The notes under the pieces were generated by a model. The model was not told where the DNA came from, did no database searches, and worked only from the letters and a program-made list of their open reading frames with translations. 64,000 nucleotides of DNA from Utricularia gibba (taxonomy: Eukaryota > Plantae > Magnoliophyta), in NCBI GenBank assembly GCA_002189035.1, contig NEEC01000004.1:4464001-4528000 (forward strand). The letters are read 5' to 3'. Every line of letters begins with the position of its first letter. The first letter of the stretch is position 1. Shown piece by piece: positions 1 to 12,625 of the stretch. The position numbers were made by a program, and so were the translations under genes.

Positions 1-9
1 CGGCCGCAG

Positions 10-104
10 GACTCAACATCGACGACTATTCAAGGAAGAAGTTGGACTTAACTGCTCAAGAGCTGACCGAGGAGAAGGAGCTTGCTTATTCCTGCCTCAC
101 CTGA
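10..104 (+). CDS. MDH: Cytosolic malate dehydrogenase, last exon only (gene starts before the window)
   Basis: After the cag acceptor the exon reads (G)[30 protein letters not shown], matching the C-terminus of plant cytosolic MDH (..[24 protein letters not shown]). Confidence 0.88.
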
Positions 105-789
105 ACTAAGGCTTTTTCCTCAATGGAAGAGATCTCCCCGTGTTGTTTGATGAGTGCATCCTCACGGGCATCTATCATTAAGAACCTTGAGACGGGTTAG
201 TCTAAATTTTCAATCTGCATTTGCTCGAGTTTTGATAACGCTGTTGTCACCCCTTCTCCCTCACTTTTTGGTAATAAATCCGTGGAGATTCAATGAAGTG
301 GTTGAGCTCATCGCTGTTGCATGTCGCTTTCCTCGCCATACGCCATTTATTTGTTTGTCATTTAGCAAAGCATGCCGTATTATTTCAACTGCCTGGGGAA
401 TAGGTTGAGCTTCAGAACCATGTGTTTTTTCAACGACAGCAGTTACTCTTTTTTGACTTCCTTCCCATCTCGTGGAACAAGTCCTCGGGGCGCTTGAAGT
501 TTTTTTCCTTTTTCGGTGGGTTTCCAATCTTCACCTAATCCCAACTTGTTTGGTCATTGACTGTGCATAAAAATGCCATCTTTTAGTTGCAGAATAGTCT
601 TGCCACCTTGTTTTTCTTGGTTACCTTTGTCTGACGTTGTGTTGAAAAAATTCAATTTCTCTCAGGAAAATGTTGAAATCCGAAATGGATGTTAACTAAT
701 CGATTTTCAAAGTGAAATTTCACCCCCACAAAGATTTAGGACAACCAGTCGTCGTTTCAGGGGCAAAAAGCCACTTCATTTGCAAGCCT

Positions 790-2409
790 TTAAACTGGAA
801 CAGTTCTAACTCTCCCATCGGGGGTCCTCGTCGCCATCTCCTGATTCTCGTCGACGTTCTCCTGCGATATCTCCTCTAGGGACTTCCCTTTCGACTCCGG
901 CACCAGCAACGTGAAGACCATCCCCAATGCGTTGATGCATCCGAGGACAATGAGGGAGTTCCTCACCCCAATTCCAGCAGGGTACCCTGCGTCTCTCTTC
1001 GTCGGATCCCTTGACTGAGCAGCGTACAGGAACCCGAATGCACCTACTATTGCTCCGGCTTTGCCCGCCGCCGCCGATATACCGTGGCAAGTCGACCTCA
1101 GCCGCGCCGGGAAGATCTCCGCGGGGACAACGAAGGTGGTGGCGTTGGGGCCGAAGTTGGCGAAGAAGAATGTGAGCGAGTAAATGATCACGAACCCGAT
1201 TCGGTTGTCCTTGTGAGTCCAGTGATTGTACGGGATGGCTAAAGCGAACATGAACACGGTCATGAAGAAGAAGCCCATCAGCTGGATCGCGAATCTGCCG
1301 ATTTTGTCGATGAAGAAGACGGTGAACCAGTAGCCGGGAACTGTGCTGCAGAGTGCGATAAGAGTTTGAGCTCTGGCGATTCTGTAGAGTTCTTCGAGAG
1401 CATTCATTGTTTTCGGAGGCGGGATCCATCCGATGGCGGAGAATATGTCTTTTTGGAAGAGGTTTTGGCTGTAGTACGCGATGTCCAGCAAGAACCAGGT
1501 GGTCGTTGTGCCGAGAAGATGAAGGCCGTGACGGCGGAGGAATTGCCGTGAGAAAAGCCCGAATTCGTTCCCGTTTTGTTCCGCGATCTTCACTACTTTC
1601 TCCGGCTCAGCTTCGATTTCAACTTGCAATACTTTCGACATATCTGAGGCCGCTTGTTTCGCGTTTTTGGCAACCAACGCCGTGTACCTGGCAGTTTCCG
1701 GCATCTTCATCCGCCAGTAGTATGTTAACGCCGCTGGCAGAGCACCGAACATGAGAATCAATCTCCAAACGAAATCGGCTTGAGGCACTACGGACCCAGC
1801 GGGGTTATCTTGATAAGCTGGAGACGGAAATGCGGCCTTGAAAGCTGCTGATAGAATTATCGCCACCATTCCTCCGGCCAAAATCCCGAACCCTTGCATC
1901 GCGAATACCGCGGCGATAAACGCGCCACGGGTCTTCTTGTTAGCGTACTCCGACATAATAGTAGCGGAAAGAGGGTAGTCGCCCCCAATTCCAAACCCTA
2001 GCCAAAATCGGAAGAAACAAAGCGTCGCCATAACCGCCTGCGGATTGCTCCCAAACGAAAGCCCCGAGGCGACGGAGCAAAGCACCATCATCAGCAACGT
2101 CATACCATACACCTTTTTCCGTCCGAGCTTATCCCCAAGCCAGCCGAAGAAAAGCTGTCCAGCGAGTGTTCCACAGAAAGCGACGCCGTTAACCGCCGCC
2201 GAGACATTCGGCGGGAGAGTCCCCGGCTTCGCTGCGCCTTCATGGTGATAGTATATCCTTCCTAGTAGCTTAGTCACCAGAGAAATGCAAAAAAGATCGT
2301 ACGCGTCGGTGAAGAAACCCATTCCAGCGATCACAATCGCCGTGAAATGGTACAGCTGCGTCTTCGCCGCGTCAAGCGCATTCAAAACTTGGAGTTGCTC
2401 CTTCGCCAT
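790..2409 (-). CDS. PHT1: High-affinity phosphate transporter (PHT1 family, MFS), intronless, 539 aa
   Basis: Starts [40 protein letters not shown]; carries the [13 protein letters not shown] signature and [16 protein letters not shown] at 2409 (the ORF-track extension upstream has no ATG). Confidence 0.97.
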   Translation of the reverse strand: MAKEQLQVLNALDAAKTQLYHFTAIVIAGMGFFTDAYDLFCISLVTKLLGRIYYHHEGAAKPGTLPPNVSAAVNGVAFCGTLAGQLFFGWLGDKLGRKKVYGMTLLMMVLCSVASGLSFGSNPQAVMATLCFFRFWLGFGIGGDYPLSATIMSEYANKKTRGAFIAAVFAMQGFGILAGGMVAIILSAAFKAAFPSPAYQDNPAGSVVPQADFVWRLILMFGALPAALTYYWRMKMPETARYTALVAKNAKQAASDMSKVLQVEIEAEPEKVVKIAEQNGNEFGLFSRQFLRRHGLHLLGTTTTWFLLDIAYYSQNLFQKDIFSAIGWIPPPKTMNALEELYRIARAQTLIALCSTVPGYWFTVFFIDKIGRFAIQLMGFFFMTVFMFALAIPYNHWTHKDNRIGFVIIYSLTFFFANFGPNATTFVVPAEIFPARLRSTCHGISAAAGKAGAIVGAFGFLYAAQSRDPTKRDAGYPAGIGVRNSLIVLGCINALGMVFTLLVPESKGKSLEEISQENVDENQEMATRTPDGRVRTVPV

Positions 2410-2557
2410 CGATCGGAGTTTCTTGAAATCCTTAACCCGATACGGAGACCTCCGTCGCGAGCCGCGAAGAGAAACAGGAGGAGCCGAGAGCAGGCGGACA
2501 CACGAAGACGATACGATCCGCCGCAAGCAAGAAAAATGCAACTGAATTGCTTCGGCA

Positions 2558-2806
2558 TTTATAAGTCAAGGATTGAATCCTGACCGCTGGATCAAATACA
2601 AGCTCGACGGTGGAAGATCGAGCTTCCACTTCGGCCCACGTGGTGCACTCACACTTGATTACTAGCTTCTGGGCGGTCAATGGTCAACGCGTGATCTTAG
2701 GAACAAATCACACCCCAAATTTAAATAAAAACCATAATTAATTCTTTACTAAACAAAATTGTCAACATTTTTAAGATGTTTTTTTCCAACATGAAAACAA
2801 AGTCAA
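2558..2806 (-). promoter_or_regulatory. PHT1 core promoter: TATA-like box plus four W-boxes
   Basis: TTATAAA (minus strand) at 2558-2564; TTGACY W-boxes (RGTCAA on plus) at 2564, 2675, 2682 and 2801. Confidence 0.45.
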
Positions 2807-3108
2807 GCTTACCTAATAAATGTCAAGATTACCTGAAACGCATGTTTTAAAATCGAATTTTAGAAATTGAGCATACATTATTATTTTTTTTATAATATTT
2901 ATATAATCTATATAGTAATATTTTTTTTAATGTCATGATTTAAAATTTCATTACTTTTTTAAAAATATTTACAAATACAAGATAATAGATTATAAATGCG
3001 GATGATGACGAAAATTTCATATTCATTTGAGAAAAAAATCATATGGTACAAAATATTTCCGTATTCATTAAAATTAAACAAAAAACGAAAATACCCTTTA
3101 GATCAGGT

Positions 3109-3118
3109 GTGACGTCAC
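3109..3118. promoter_or_regulatory. Palindromic C-box/as-1-like bZIP site GTGACGTCAC
   Basis: Perfect 10-bp palindrome; the same GTGTGACGTCAC 12-mer occurs at 19297-19308, upstream of the Csl gene. Confidence 0.35.
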
Positions 3119-4258
3119 CGGCACTCTATCTAGTGATCACTTGTCATTGAAGAGGGGTAGGGATATTATATCTAATAGAAACATATATTTTTATATTCAT
3201 TTATTTAATTTTATCAAAACAAAAAATTGTTAATGTTTGTTTATTTAAAATTTAAGATCGTTCATAAATGTTCATAAATACATATATTATTAATTATTAT
3301 ATTTTTTTATATTTCAAATAATTGAGAAATGTATAATATATTTATATAAATCAAATTTAATGTAACATTAATATTACAATCCAATAACGCTATTGCTTAT
3401 GTTTATTCATTAAAATAATTAAACATATATTTTATTTGTATTCGTTTGTTTACACTATTTAAATAAAAAAATAATTTTAATCAAATAAAGTACAATTCGA
3501 ACACGAATTATTAGTTTATTATAACATCCATAAACAATGGAGGGTAGGGGTCAAAGTTGGTTTTGGAATCCAAAATTTCCACCATGCTGATAAGCTTGCC
3601 TCATTAAATTAATCTCAAATGGAGATTAGAGAGTTTAATTACAATTTAGTGTTCTAATTTCAATAGTTTGACTTTTAACAGTTATGCATACCTACCAACA
3701 AACAGTGTAGGGGCATTTTGATCATTTTATAATGGTGTACCTCGGATTATGTTTGGAACAATTTATACTTATATTTAATATACTTAATAAATATTGTGCT
3801 ATTACATACATGTGAAATTTATTTTAAAAATAATATAAATATCGACCATCTCTTAGTTTTAATAAGTCCTAGAAATTTAAATTGCATTAAGAATCAGTTA
3901 CTAAAACAATTTTATTATCAAATATGAATGAATGTTTTAAAAAAATTAAAAATTTAGAATTATTTATTATTTTTAAAAACGTATGAAATTTCAGATTCTA
4001 ATTCCACATAATTGCTTTTATCAAATAGAGTGTTAGTTTATGTTTTTTAAAAATATATTTTTCTAACATAATGTTAATTAAAAGATTTACGAGAATGCCC
4101 TTGTTTGTGTCGATTGATTTTCCAACAACCTAATCCCTGGTTTTTTGGTGAGGGTTGGAATTTATGGAAAATAATATTGATTTATTTCTTGATAATATTT
4201 ATGGACCCACATTAACACATCATGTTTCATTACACAGTGTTGTTCCCGGCGCCGCCGC

Positions 4259-4743
4259 CTAACTATTTCGCTGCCGTGAGGAGAGCTTCTTCTTCAAGGC
4301 GATCACCGGCGAGCACCCCTCCTCGTGAAGGAAACCGCCCATCTCAGTCAAGGACTGGGTAACCATCTCCACCGGGAAATTGAGCGCCGCCGCGGTCCCT
4401 CTCATCGCAAACGCCGCCTGGTCGTACGCCATCGCCGCCGCCTCCACCGTGTCGAAGGTCCCCAACCAAACCCTCGCCCCCGCCTCGTCGAATCCCGAAT
4501 CTCTGCCGCGAACTTCCCCCACGGCCGTCTCCTCACTCCGCGCCATGGCTTGCCCGTCGCCGGATTCGCCAGTTCCCCTTCCAGCGACGACGGGGATGGC
4601 GTCACCTCCGATGGCGGGTTCCCCAACCCCGTTTCCTCCAGAACGTGATACAGAAGCATTTCCTGTGGATCGTTCTCGTTGAAGGGGAGATATCCATTTG
4701 AAGAAGACGACTCTCTGCTTCGCCAACCATGAAATCCATCCAT
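4259..4743 (-). pseudogene. ERF1: ERF1-like (group IX) AP2/ERF gene, frameshifted within the AP2 domain
   Basis: One frame gives [15 protein letters not shown] and [22 protein letters not shown]; another continues [35 protein letters not shown]. The join needs one extra G in the run at 4477-4481. May be a sequencing error. Confidence 0.85.
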
Positions 4744-5708
4744 TTTTCCCGGAAAACGATGAACTAATCAAAAGACTGGCTTTTAAGTTTTTAACAAGAG
4801 TGACATCTAATTTTTAATTCCAAAATAAAAAAAATAAAAAATAAAAATAGGGAGGTTCCGGTGGGCCCCATAGCGTCAAATACACCTCCTTTGTCTTATG
4901 TGCCCATCCAATCATGCTATTCTTCATTGCTCGCCAAAGTTGATTATTTATATTAGTGTTAGTTTTCATAACCTTTAATTTTATTTTATGTGAAATAATA
5001 ATTAATAATTAAATATTTTATAAATATTGATATTTAGAAGTCGTTTAATAATAAAGTATTAATATATTTGTGTATATATACTCAATTATAGTATATATAA
5101 TAAATCATGTATTTGATATCTATGAATATAGAAAACAAAGAGTATTTAATCTATACGAATACAGATAGATACATAGTAACTTTTAAATAGATGTAAATGA
5201 GAAAACATAACCTAATATATTGATTATAAATATATTTATCGAATATAATGAAATTTTAAAAATATATTTATGAAGTCTAGTCATAAAATATAATTTTCTC
5301 TATATAATATATATTAAATAAATTATTAATCAAATTGTTATATAGAAACATATTAATGTTAAAAGGAGAGTTTTTAAATTAATTTTTTTTAAAACGAAAA
5401 AAAATATATTTAATTGCATTTGGTAATAAAATTATTTTATTATATTTTTCAAGAAGTATAAAATCTTCAACCATCTTAAAATTTAAAGTCAAAACTCTTT
5501 GATGTTTTAATGGATTTATTCAATTTTTTTAGTTTTTATTTTTGGCAGGTGTGACTATATGAATAATGAGATAGGCGGCGATATTTATCGTCATCTCACC
5601 CCCAATTCCCAAAAAAGCCCTACTTCGAGATTTCCATAATGAGCTTGTGAGCATTTAGCGGGTTACGTTTTGGTTGGCTCGTGTGAAGAAGATTGAGCAT
5701 CCGTTAGC

Positions 5709-7512
5709 ATGGATTCGGCTGGCCTAGAGGAATGGATGGATATGATCGATTGTGGAAGCCTGCTGAACGACACTGGAGAGGCGCCGGATCTTGATTGGAA
5801 CACACAAAAGTGAGCATTTTTATTTGATTTTGGTGTGCGGATTCATGTTGCACTTGAATTGGAGATTTTTCTCTTAATGAAAGGCAATCACAACTTTTGG
5901 GTGATTTTGGATCCGAAAACAAAAGAAAAACACCTTTTTTTTGTCGGGACCTGTCCTTGATCACTTGCAGAGCTGTTTATGGATGGGACATAAGTGGATG
6001 CTGAAAATTGCACTTTTGTTTCTGATTCTGTTGACATATGAGTTCTTTTTTCATGGTTTATTAACGCTTTAATACGTTTGGATGCTTTGCTTCAGTAATT
6101 GTGTAGCATTGGAGGCTGCAATTGCTGGAACTCCATCGCATGAAAGTGAGTGCACAGAAAAAGGATGCACGAGAAAGAGGTAACCATAGAATTGATTGGG
6201 ATTGAGAGCTGACGGTCATGAAAGGTTGATCTTATAGATGCCCTAAAATTGGAGAGCAATCTGTTTTCTTGTGCTATTGCATTTTCTATTCCAATAGTTG
6301 AATGCTAAGTTTTCGTTCAGAAATGATTGAGTTATTTGGCTAGTGTGATCTGTAGATCCCAACAAAATTATAACTTCAGCGCTTTTATGTTTTCATTTTT
6401 GATCGTGTCGGGTGTACTGCATGCTTATCACTTTTAGAGAAGCAAAAAAACAAGCATATGCCTTCTTTGGTGTTGCCACCAGAATGTTGCACTTGCATGA
6501 TTTTCAGCTCCCCGAATCTCACTCCAGCATAATTTTTTCTAAACACAGTTTTGGTGTGTATGTGTCTCTTTTATTTTCAGGGCACGCAGTGATTTGTGCA
6601 GTGGTATTGGATCAAAGGCAATCCGTGAAAGATTGAGGAGAGAAAAATTGAACGAGAGGTGAAACTCATTTTTATTATGGTTTATATTTAGTAGGGGCAG
6701 TACTGGTACTCATATGGCAAATTTGGGTATTCCTAATAAACTCAAATGTAACATACAGACCTCTTTCATCTATCTATATCTTTTTCCCACCTGTGTGTAG
6801 GTTCTTGGAACTTTCAGCCATATTAGAACCTGGAAGGCCAGTCAAAGCAGACAAATTGGCCTTACTGGGTGATGCCATTAAATTATTAAGCCAGTTAAGG
6901 GCCGAGTCCCAGGACTATAAAGAGACTAATGAAAAGCTATTGGAAGAGATAAAGTGTTTAAAGGTTGGATTTCTGCATTTGATCAATATGTAGCTTTATG
7001 TGCGGCATCATCATCTTGGCTTTTCATTCCGTCATTTTTCTGCATTTGTCATAAATCCTCCGAATGCCTGATAGGTGGCTGACTGCCCATTTTTTCCATC
7101 TTACCATTCAACGCCATACATACAAAGTCGTTCAGTTTGTGATATGTAGATCACTTGCTTCTGATCCCCTGTTATAATTCCTATTCAGTCAAGAAATAGT
7201 TTAATGAATTGCCTGTTATGCAGCTACCATATGCATCATTTTAATTTGGTTTCTCTCCTGAAAAAACAGGCCGAGAAGAATGAACTTCGTCAAGAGAAGC
7301 AGGTCCTGAAGGCAGAGAAAGAACTGATTGAGCAGAGGTTGAAAGCAATGAGCACTCCTGGGTTCATTCCTGCCATTCCATCCTTATACCAGGCCAACTT
7401 CAACAAGGTCTCTATGATTCCCAGCTACGGACTAGTCCCGATGTGGCAGTATTTACCGCCGGCCACTCGAGATACTTCTCAAGATCATGAACTGAGACCC
7501 CCTGCAGCTTGA
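5709..7512 (+). CDS. bHLH104: bHLH subgroup IVc transcription factor (bHLH104/bHLH34-like, iron homeostasis)
   Basis: GT-AG exons 5709-5809, 6096-6179, 6581-6658, 6801-6963, 7270-7512; RERLRREKLNERFLELSAILEPGR and the C-terminal DTSQDHELRPPAA typical of IVc. Confidence 0.92.
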
Positions 7513-8435
7513 TCTCTGGATTATTCCATTCCTGCCGTCATTCTAGTCCTTCCAACCTTCTTCTCTTTGTAACGTTGTTCGAATGCTGAATAAAGACTCC
7601 AATGAAGGAAAATTGTTCAAAACCTAGATGTCTCTATGGCATGAAGGCCTTTCATTCTCTAAACCAGTGTTTAAAAAATTGATTATATCACAATTATGTA
7701 CAATAACAATTAGATTAAAATTGAATTTTTTAAAATAGAAAAAAGTGAACTATTATATTCAATATTGTAGTTTTTAAATTAATTTTCATGGTTTAATGGA
7801 TTTCTCAAATCATAGTAATTTATGTAATTAGTTGACCATTTTTTAGTTATTTAAATAGAATCCTAAAATACAAAAAGATATGTTATTAATTAGTTTGGAA
7901 TATGATTGTTAACATAAATTAAGTGAATAAAAACGTCCTAAAAACCACCCATTATATTAGGGACAATTAATAAAGTGGTTTAATTAATTCTTTATTTTTA
8001 TTTTTTATTTTTAGAATTAAATAAGTATACTTCATGTAATAAATAAATAAATAAATATATATATATATATATGCGTTTGATGCTTTATAAATATATATTA
8101 AAAATATTATTGTCTTTAAAATAAATGTAAAAGGTAAATCAAAGTACATTTTATTAGTAAACTCAACTAAAAAAAGGTTTAAAAAATATATCTAGAATTG
8201 GAATTGGAAAATTACTGGAAGCGGTTTTTACTTTTTTAGGGTGGCTCGGAATTGGAAAATTGGGGGTAAATCCAGCTGGATCTACCGCGATTTAGCATCT
8301 CCCATTTACAATCCGACGGCTGAGATTCCTCGTTCACAAAATGAAATTAGAGCTTTTTTTATTTTTTTTTCTCGTAACGGCGGCGTGTGGCGGCTCTATC
8401 TACGCGATTCTATGGCGAAGGGCGGAAGCAACAGA

Positions 8436-10031
8436 ATGGGTTTCGTTTCCTTTCTCGGGAGAGTTCTCTTCGCTTCCATCTTCATCCTCTCTGCATGGCA
8501 AATGTATGTAATCTTTCAATTTCGTTCTTCGAAATTATGTTGCATTTTTGCTTTATGCTTCTCTCAGATCTGTCCCCTAATTGCTCCTCACTGCGTAATT
8601 GTCTTTGGTAACCTAGATCTGGACATCTTTTTCTGGTTAGAATCAATTGCGCGAGTGCTGGAAACTCTGAGATTGGCGTTTCTGTGTGTCGTCTTGGTTG
8701 AATTGTAGTGCGAAATCCTCAGCAGCATTTGTGTCTTTCGCGCGCGCGCGCGCGCGTGTGTTTCCTCCTTTTGTTGCCATTTCATAGACCTTCTAAGTTA
8801 TGATTCTTTTCTTGCTGCTTTTTTTTCCCGTGAATTTTCCTGTTCTTCTGGCTGCAAAGGGCTCATTGTTCCTGTTTCTTTTCACCGAATTTTTCGCCGA
8901 CACCATGAAATTCGTTAATTTTTTAAAGTAAACAGAAGTTCTTGGTGGTGGTGTGGGGTAATCATTGTTTGCTTTTCTACGGTGGAATTGTGTCAATGCA
9001 GATTGGATTCTGTGAATCTTAGTAGATTCAGCAGAAAATCTAGGGAAAAAGTGAGTATGAATGCTTGTCTAACGCAAGGCGTATGTTTATATTAATCACT
9101 CGTAGATATGGCTTTTAAATTTCAGATTTTGTGCAAGTTGGGTTTTTCAGAAAATGGTATGGCCTTGAGGGCTTCTCCTTTGTTCAATGATTTGTCAAGG
9201 TTTCTGCACCACGAATGATGAGTAGTCCCACTTTATTATACGCGTGTTTTAATCATGGTGGTTCACTGACGAATGCAATAGCCCTGATGCATTTCATGTG
9301 CAATTTCTCCAAAGTTTTACATCTATTTTCAAGAATCGGTCTCACTTTTCCTTCCTTGATGTATAAGGTTCAATGAATTCGGAGAGGATGGAGGTCCTGC
9401 AGCAAAGGAATGGGCTCCCAAGCTTGCGCTTCTGAAGAAGCACATTGATGGTGTTATTGGGAAAAATAATCTCCGAATCGATGTAATTTCCATCAAGCTG
9501 ATTCTTCTCACATATCCGCTTATAGATGAAGCTTTGATCATATTAAGATGTGATATGTTGCATTTACAGGTACGAACATTTGTTGCTGCCATTATTTTCT
9601 TGAAGAGCTTCGGAGGAATTCTCTTTGTGCTCGGCAGCACCTTCGGGTCTTATCTTCTGGTTAGGACTTGTCTCCTTAGCTCACCTCCTAATTTTCTTTT
9701 TAGAAACCAGTTCAAGCTTCACATCCTTCTTCTCCTGATCTGTACAGATATACTACCTGATATTGACCACTCCCTTGCTATATGACTTCTATAACTATAA
9801 ACCCGGTACACCAAGATTCCACACCCTCTTGCATGACTTCATCCAGGTATCTCTCCCCATTCCAATAGATAAGCAGTCCTCTCTTCGAATTCTTCATTGT
9901 AACATCTGGCAACGGTTTATCCACAGAGCTTGGCATATGTTGGTGCACTGCTGTTCTTTCTAGGGATGAAGAACACTCTTCTGAGGAGGCAACACAAGAA
10001 GAAAACTACTCCCAAGCCAAAGGCATCATGA
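8436..10031 (+). CDS. HR-like lesion-inducing protein (HR_lesion family)
   Basis: Exons 8436-8503, 9368-9482, 9570-9659, 9748-9846, 9927-10031; MGFVSFLGRVLFASIFILSAWQMFNEFGEDGGPAAKE and TPLLYDFYNY motifs. An in-frame upstream ATG lies at 8412. Confidence 0.9.
8739..8761. repeat. (CG)9 followed by TGTG, an alternating purine-pyrimidine tract in intron 1
   Basis: Directly visible cgcgcgcgcgcgcgcgcg at 8739-8756. Confidence 0.95.
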
Positions 10032-11117
10032 TCAGCCTCAACCTGCTCAGAAGTGTTCTTCTGTTTTGTCACTGAGATTTGAACCTAGAACGAAACTGCC
10101 ACATGAAATGGAACTGGTTTTAGTTTCCCCCCTCCATTTGGTATTTGTGAGCTGATTTTGCAGTCTTTAGATGGTCATTCGGAAAGGATTCTCAAGTCTT
10201 TGGGGATTACTTATCGTTTACTTTACTTTTGGTGCAAATGCTTGTTTTTTTGTTTCTCTTTTCTTTTTCAAGCCATGGGATTGGTGAAGACATGACACGG
10301 CGACCCGGACAAAATTGGCGACGCGGACACGTCGTTTTTAGCTTTATTGTCTTTCATTTCAAATGGAGTTCGTTAGGCCTTTAGGTGGTCCAGTGGTCCA
10401 AACACCACCAAATAATCTAAAAGTTGTAATCTTTTCCATATTTTCGGCATAATTTCGACTTTTCTAATAAAAAACAATTTTAACGTAAATTTAGATTTTT
10501 TTTTTTTTGGAAATTTTAGATCAGTTGAATCAATATTTCTTAATATTATAAGATTCTAGCTTTTAAATAGATTAAATAAAAGATGTTCATTCCAAAAAAA
10601 AATTTTCAAAATTTTGGTTTTTAGACTCAATTCGAAATTAAAAGTTTTCCCCAATTTGAACATTGGTGAAATATCTATCTTATGATTCAATAATTAGTCG
10701 TGATAATAAAAATATATTAATATAACTAATATATAGATATATATAATTAAATAAAATATAATTTACATTAAATTAAAAATAATTTTTATATATATGTATA
10801 TTTGAGTAGAATATAATTAATTCTCAATAATTAATTTTCATAGAATAGAATTTTATTATATGCTTGTAAGACAGAAATAATTATGTCAAAATAGAATTGA
10901 TTCCACTAAAGTTAAAACGTTGGGGGCCATCTTCATGACCAAACAACCAACCCTCTTTGAAATGGCTGAAAACCGTTGGAAAGTCAACGCAGCACCAACC
11001 GTAGTAGTTGTTCGCCGCCATGCCTTGTACGTGGTCCGTTGGTGTTTCCGGTAAGAGGCGCTTGTCCTTCCTTATTATTTATTCCTTTTTTTAATCATTT
11101 TGATACGTCATTTCTAA

Positions 11118-11154
11118 AATAATAATAATAATTATTATTATTAATAATAATAAT
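11118..11154. repeat. (AAT)n/(ATT)n microsatellite containing a 24-bp perfect palindrome
   Basis: taataataataattattattatta at 11120-11143 is its own reverse complement. Confidence 0.85.
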
Positions 11155-12625
11155 AGGAAGAGGGTGAGGTATGAATGAATCTGCGTCGGGGTTAATGGCC
11201 AGATTCGGTTGGTTACTATAAATGCACACCAACAACCTGCCTTCCATATTAATATTCTCAACAAATTTGCATCCTAATTATTTTTAGAATTATTTAAATG
11301 CATTTATATTATTATTTATTCGGATGTTTTCACAAAAAAATAATGGAAAATTCATTTTAATTCCTTTCCAACAATATATATATATTAATGATAAGAAACT
11401 AAAAATATCTAGTTATAAGTACAAAAATTAGATAGTGCTTATATTATATATCTTTTATGACTTCATATTTGAAGCACTAAGTTTGTATTGGATAATCGAT
11501 CTTTTATGTATCAATATGATTGGTTCAAAATGAGTTTCGAAACAATGTAGGGTAAATAATGTGAAATATCATGTTTTGTAAAATATCATAATATTTCTGT
11601 CATATATTAAATATATAGATGTTTTTGTTTATATTTATTAATAGTTCATAAATGATATATTTTCAGTAATTATAATTGAAGTGTGTAACATTTATTCGAT
11701 TCCAAATGACTAAAATTCAAAATAAAAATTTTAATACTTTTTAATTTTTATATATTTAAATTATGATTAAAAATAATGGGAATTTATTAAAACTAAAAAA
11801 GGAATGATATTGCACATGAATGGCACTTCTAGTTCGTACCATTTATTAATAATTGGAGTAATGGAATTTAAATTTTATTCGAGTGAATTATGAAATTGCA
11901 GATAATAATTTTAAAATAGATGGATAATAAATGCAGTTATTTTGGGGAAATTTTATTTAGGGACTAATTGCTCGTTGAAAATTGGGGATTTTCTGTTGAA
12001 AATTATTTGATTTTAAGATTTTAAATCAAAAAAAGAAATTTCAAAAAAATGATGAATGATTTGAAAAGAGGAAAACAGAGGAGTGCATTCCTCGGAGACA
12101 GATGGAGAGGGACCATCTTCTTCAAACTGCTCGCTTACCTTTTTTTGAAAACTAATACATCCTACAAATCTCCCCACGGCGACGCCCAAAACTAGTGTAG
12201 TGATTGTAGCCACTACCCGGAAGGGATACGCCAGCCCCAGCTTCCCATTTGGATAAAAAGCTGCCCTTTTTTGCATCTCAAAATCAAATATCCTTCTCTT
12301 GTCTTCCTTCCTTCTGTTGATGTGCTCGAGAATCTCCGCCGGTCACGCTTTGTGGGAATAGCATTGACGCGTTATTGATTCACGGGCATTCCCTTGTTTT
12401 TGAGTGGTACTTTCTGACTTTTCATGTTCCCCCATGTGGTTTTTCACACATATTCACTAGCCCATTTTGAAAAACAAGGTGAAGTTGCTATCTTGGTTCG
12501 TTAGTTCAGAAGATTGGAAGTGGGTTTTCCCCAAGTATGAGGAGTTGTAATGGGAAGTAGATGAGCGGATCTGGGAAGTTGGGTTTTCACTCCTTGAGAT
12601 CTAGTTTTGGGGGAGACGCAGATAA

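Noticed and set aside
1-7. CGGCCGC, part of a NotI site at the window edge
   Set aside because: It is the 3' end of an MDH intron, with no vector sequence.
806-1754. Overlapping alternative ORFs within PHT1
   Set aside because: Shadow ORFs of a GC-rich coding region with no recognisable motifs.
2410-2541. 44-aa N-terminal extension of PHT1 in the ORF track
   Set aside because: It starts at TTG, not ATG; homology begins at MAKEQ.
3158-3532. Possible hAT-like MITE upstream of PHT1
   Set aside because: The TIR match is only TAGGGAT/TATGGAT and there is no TSD.
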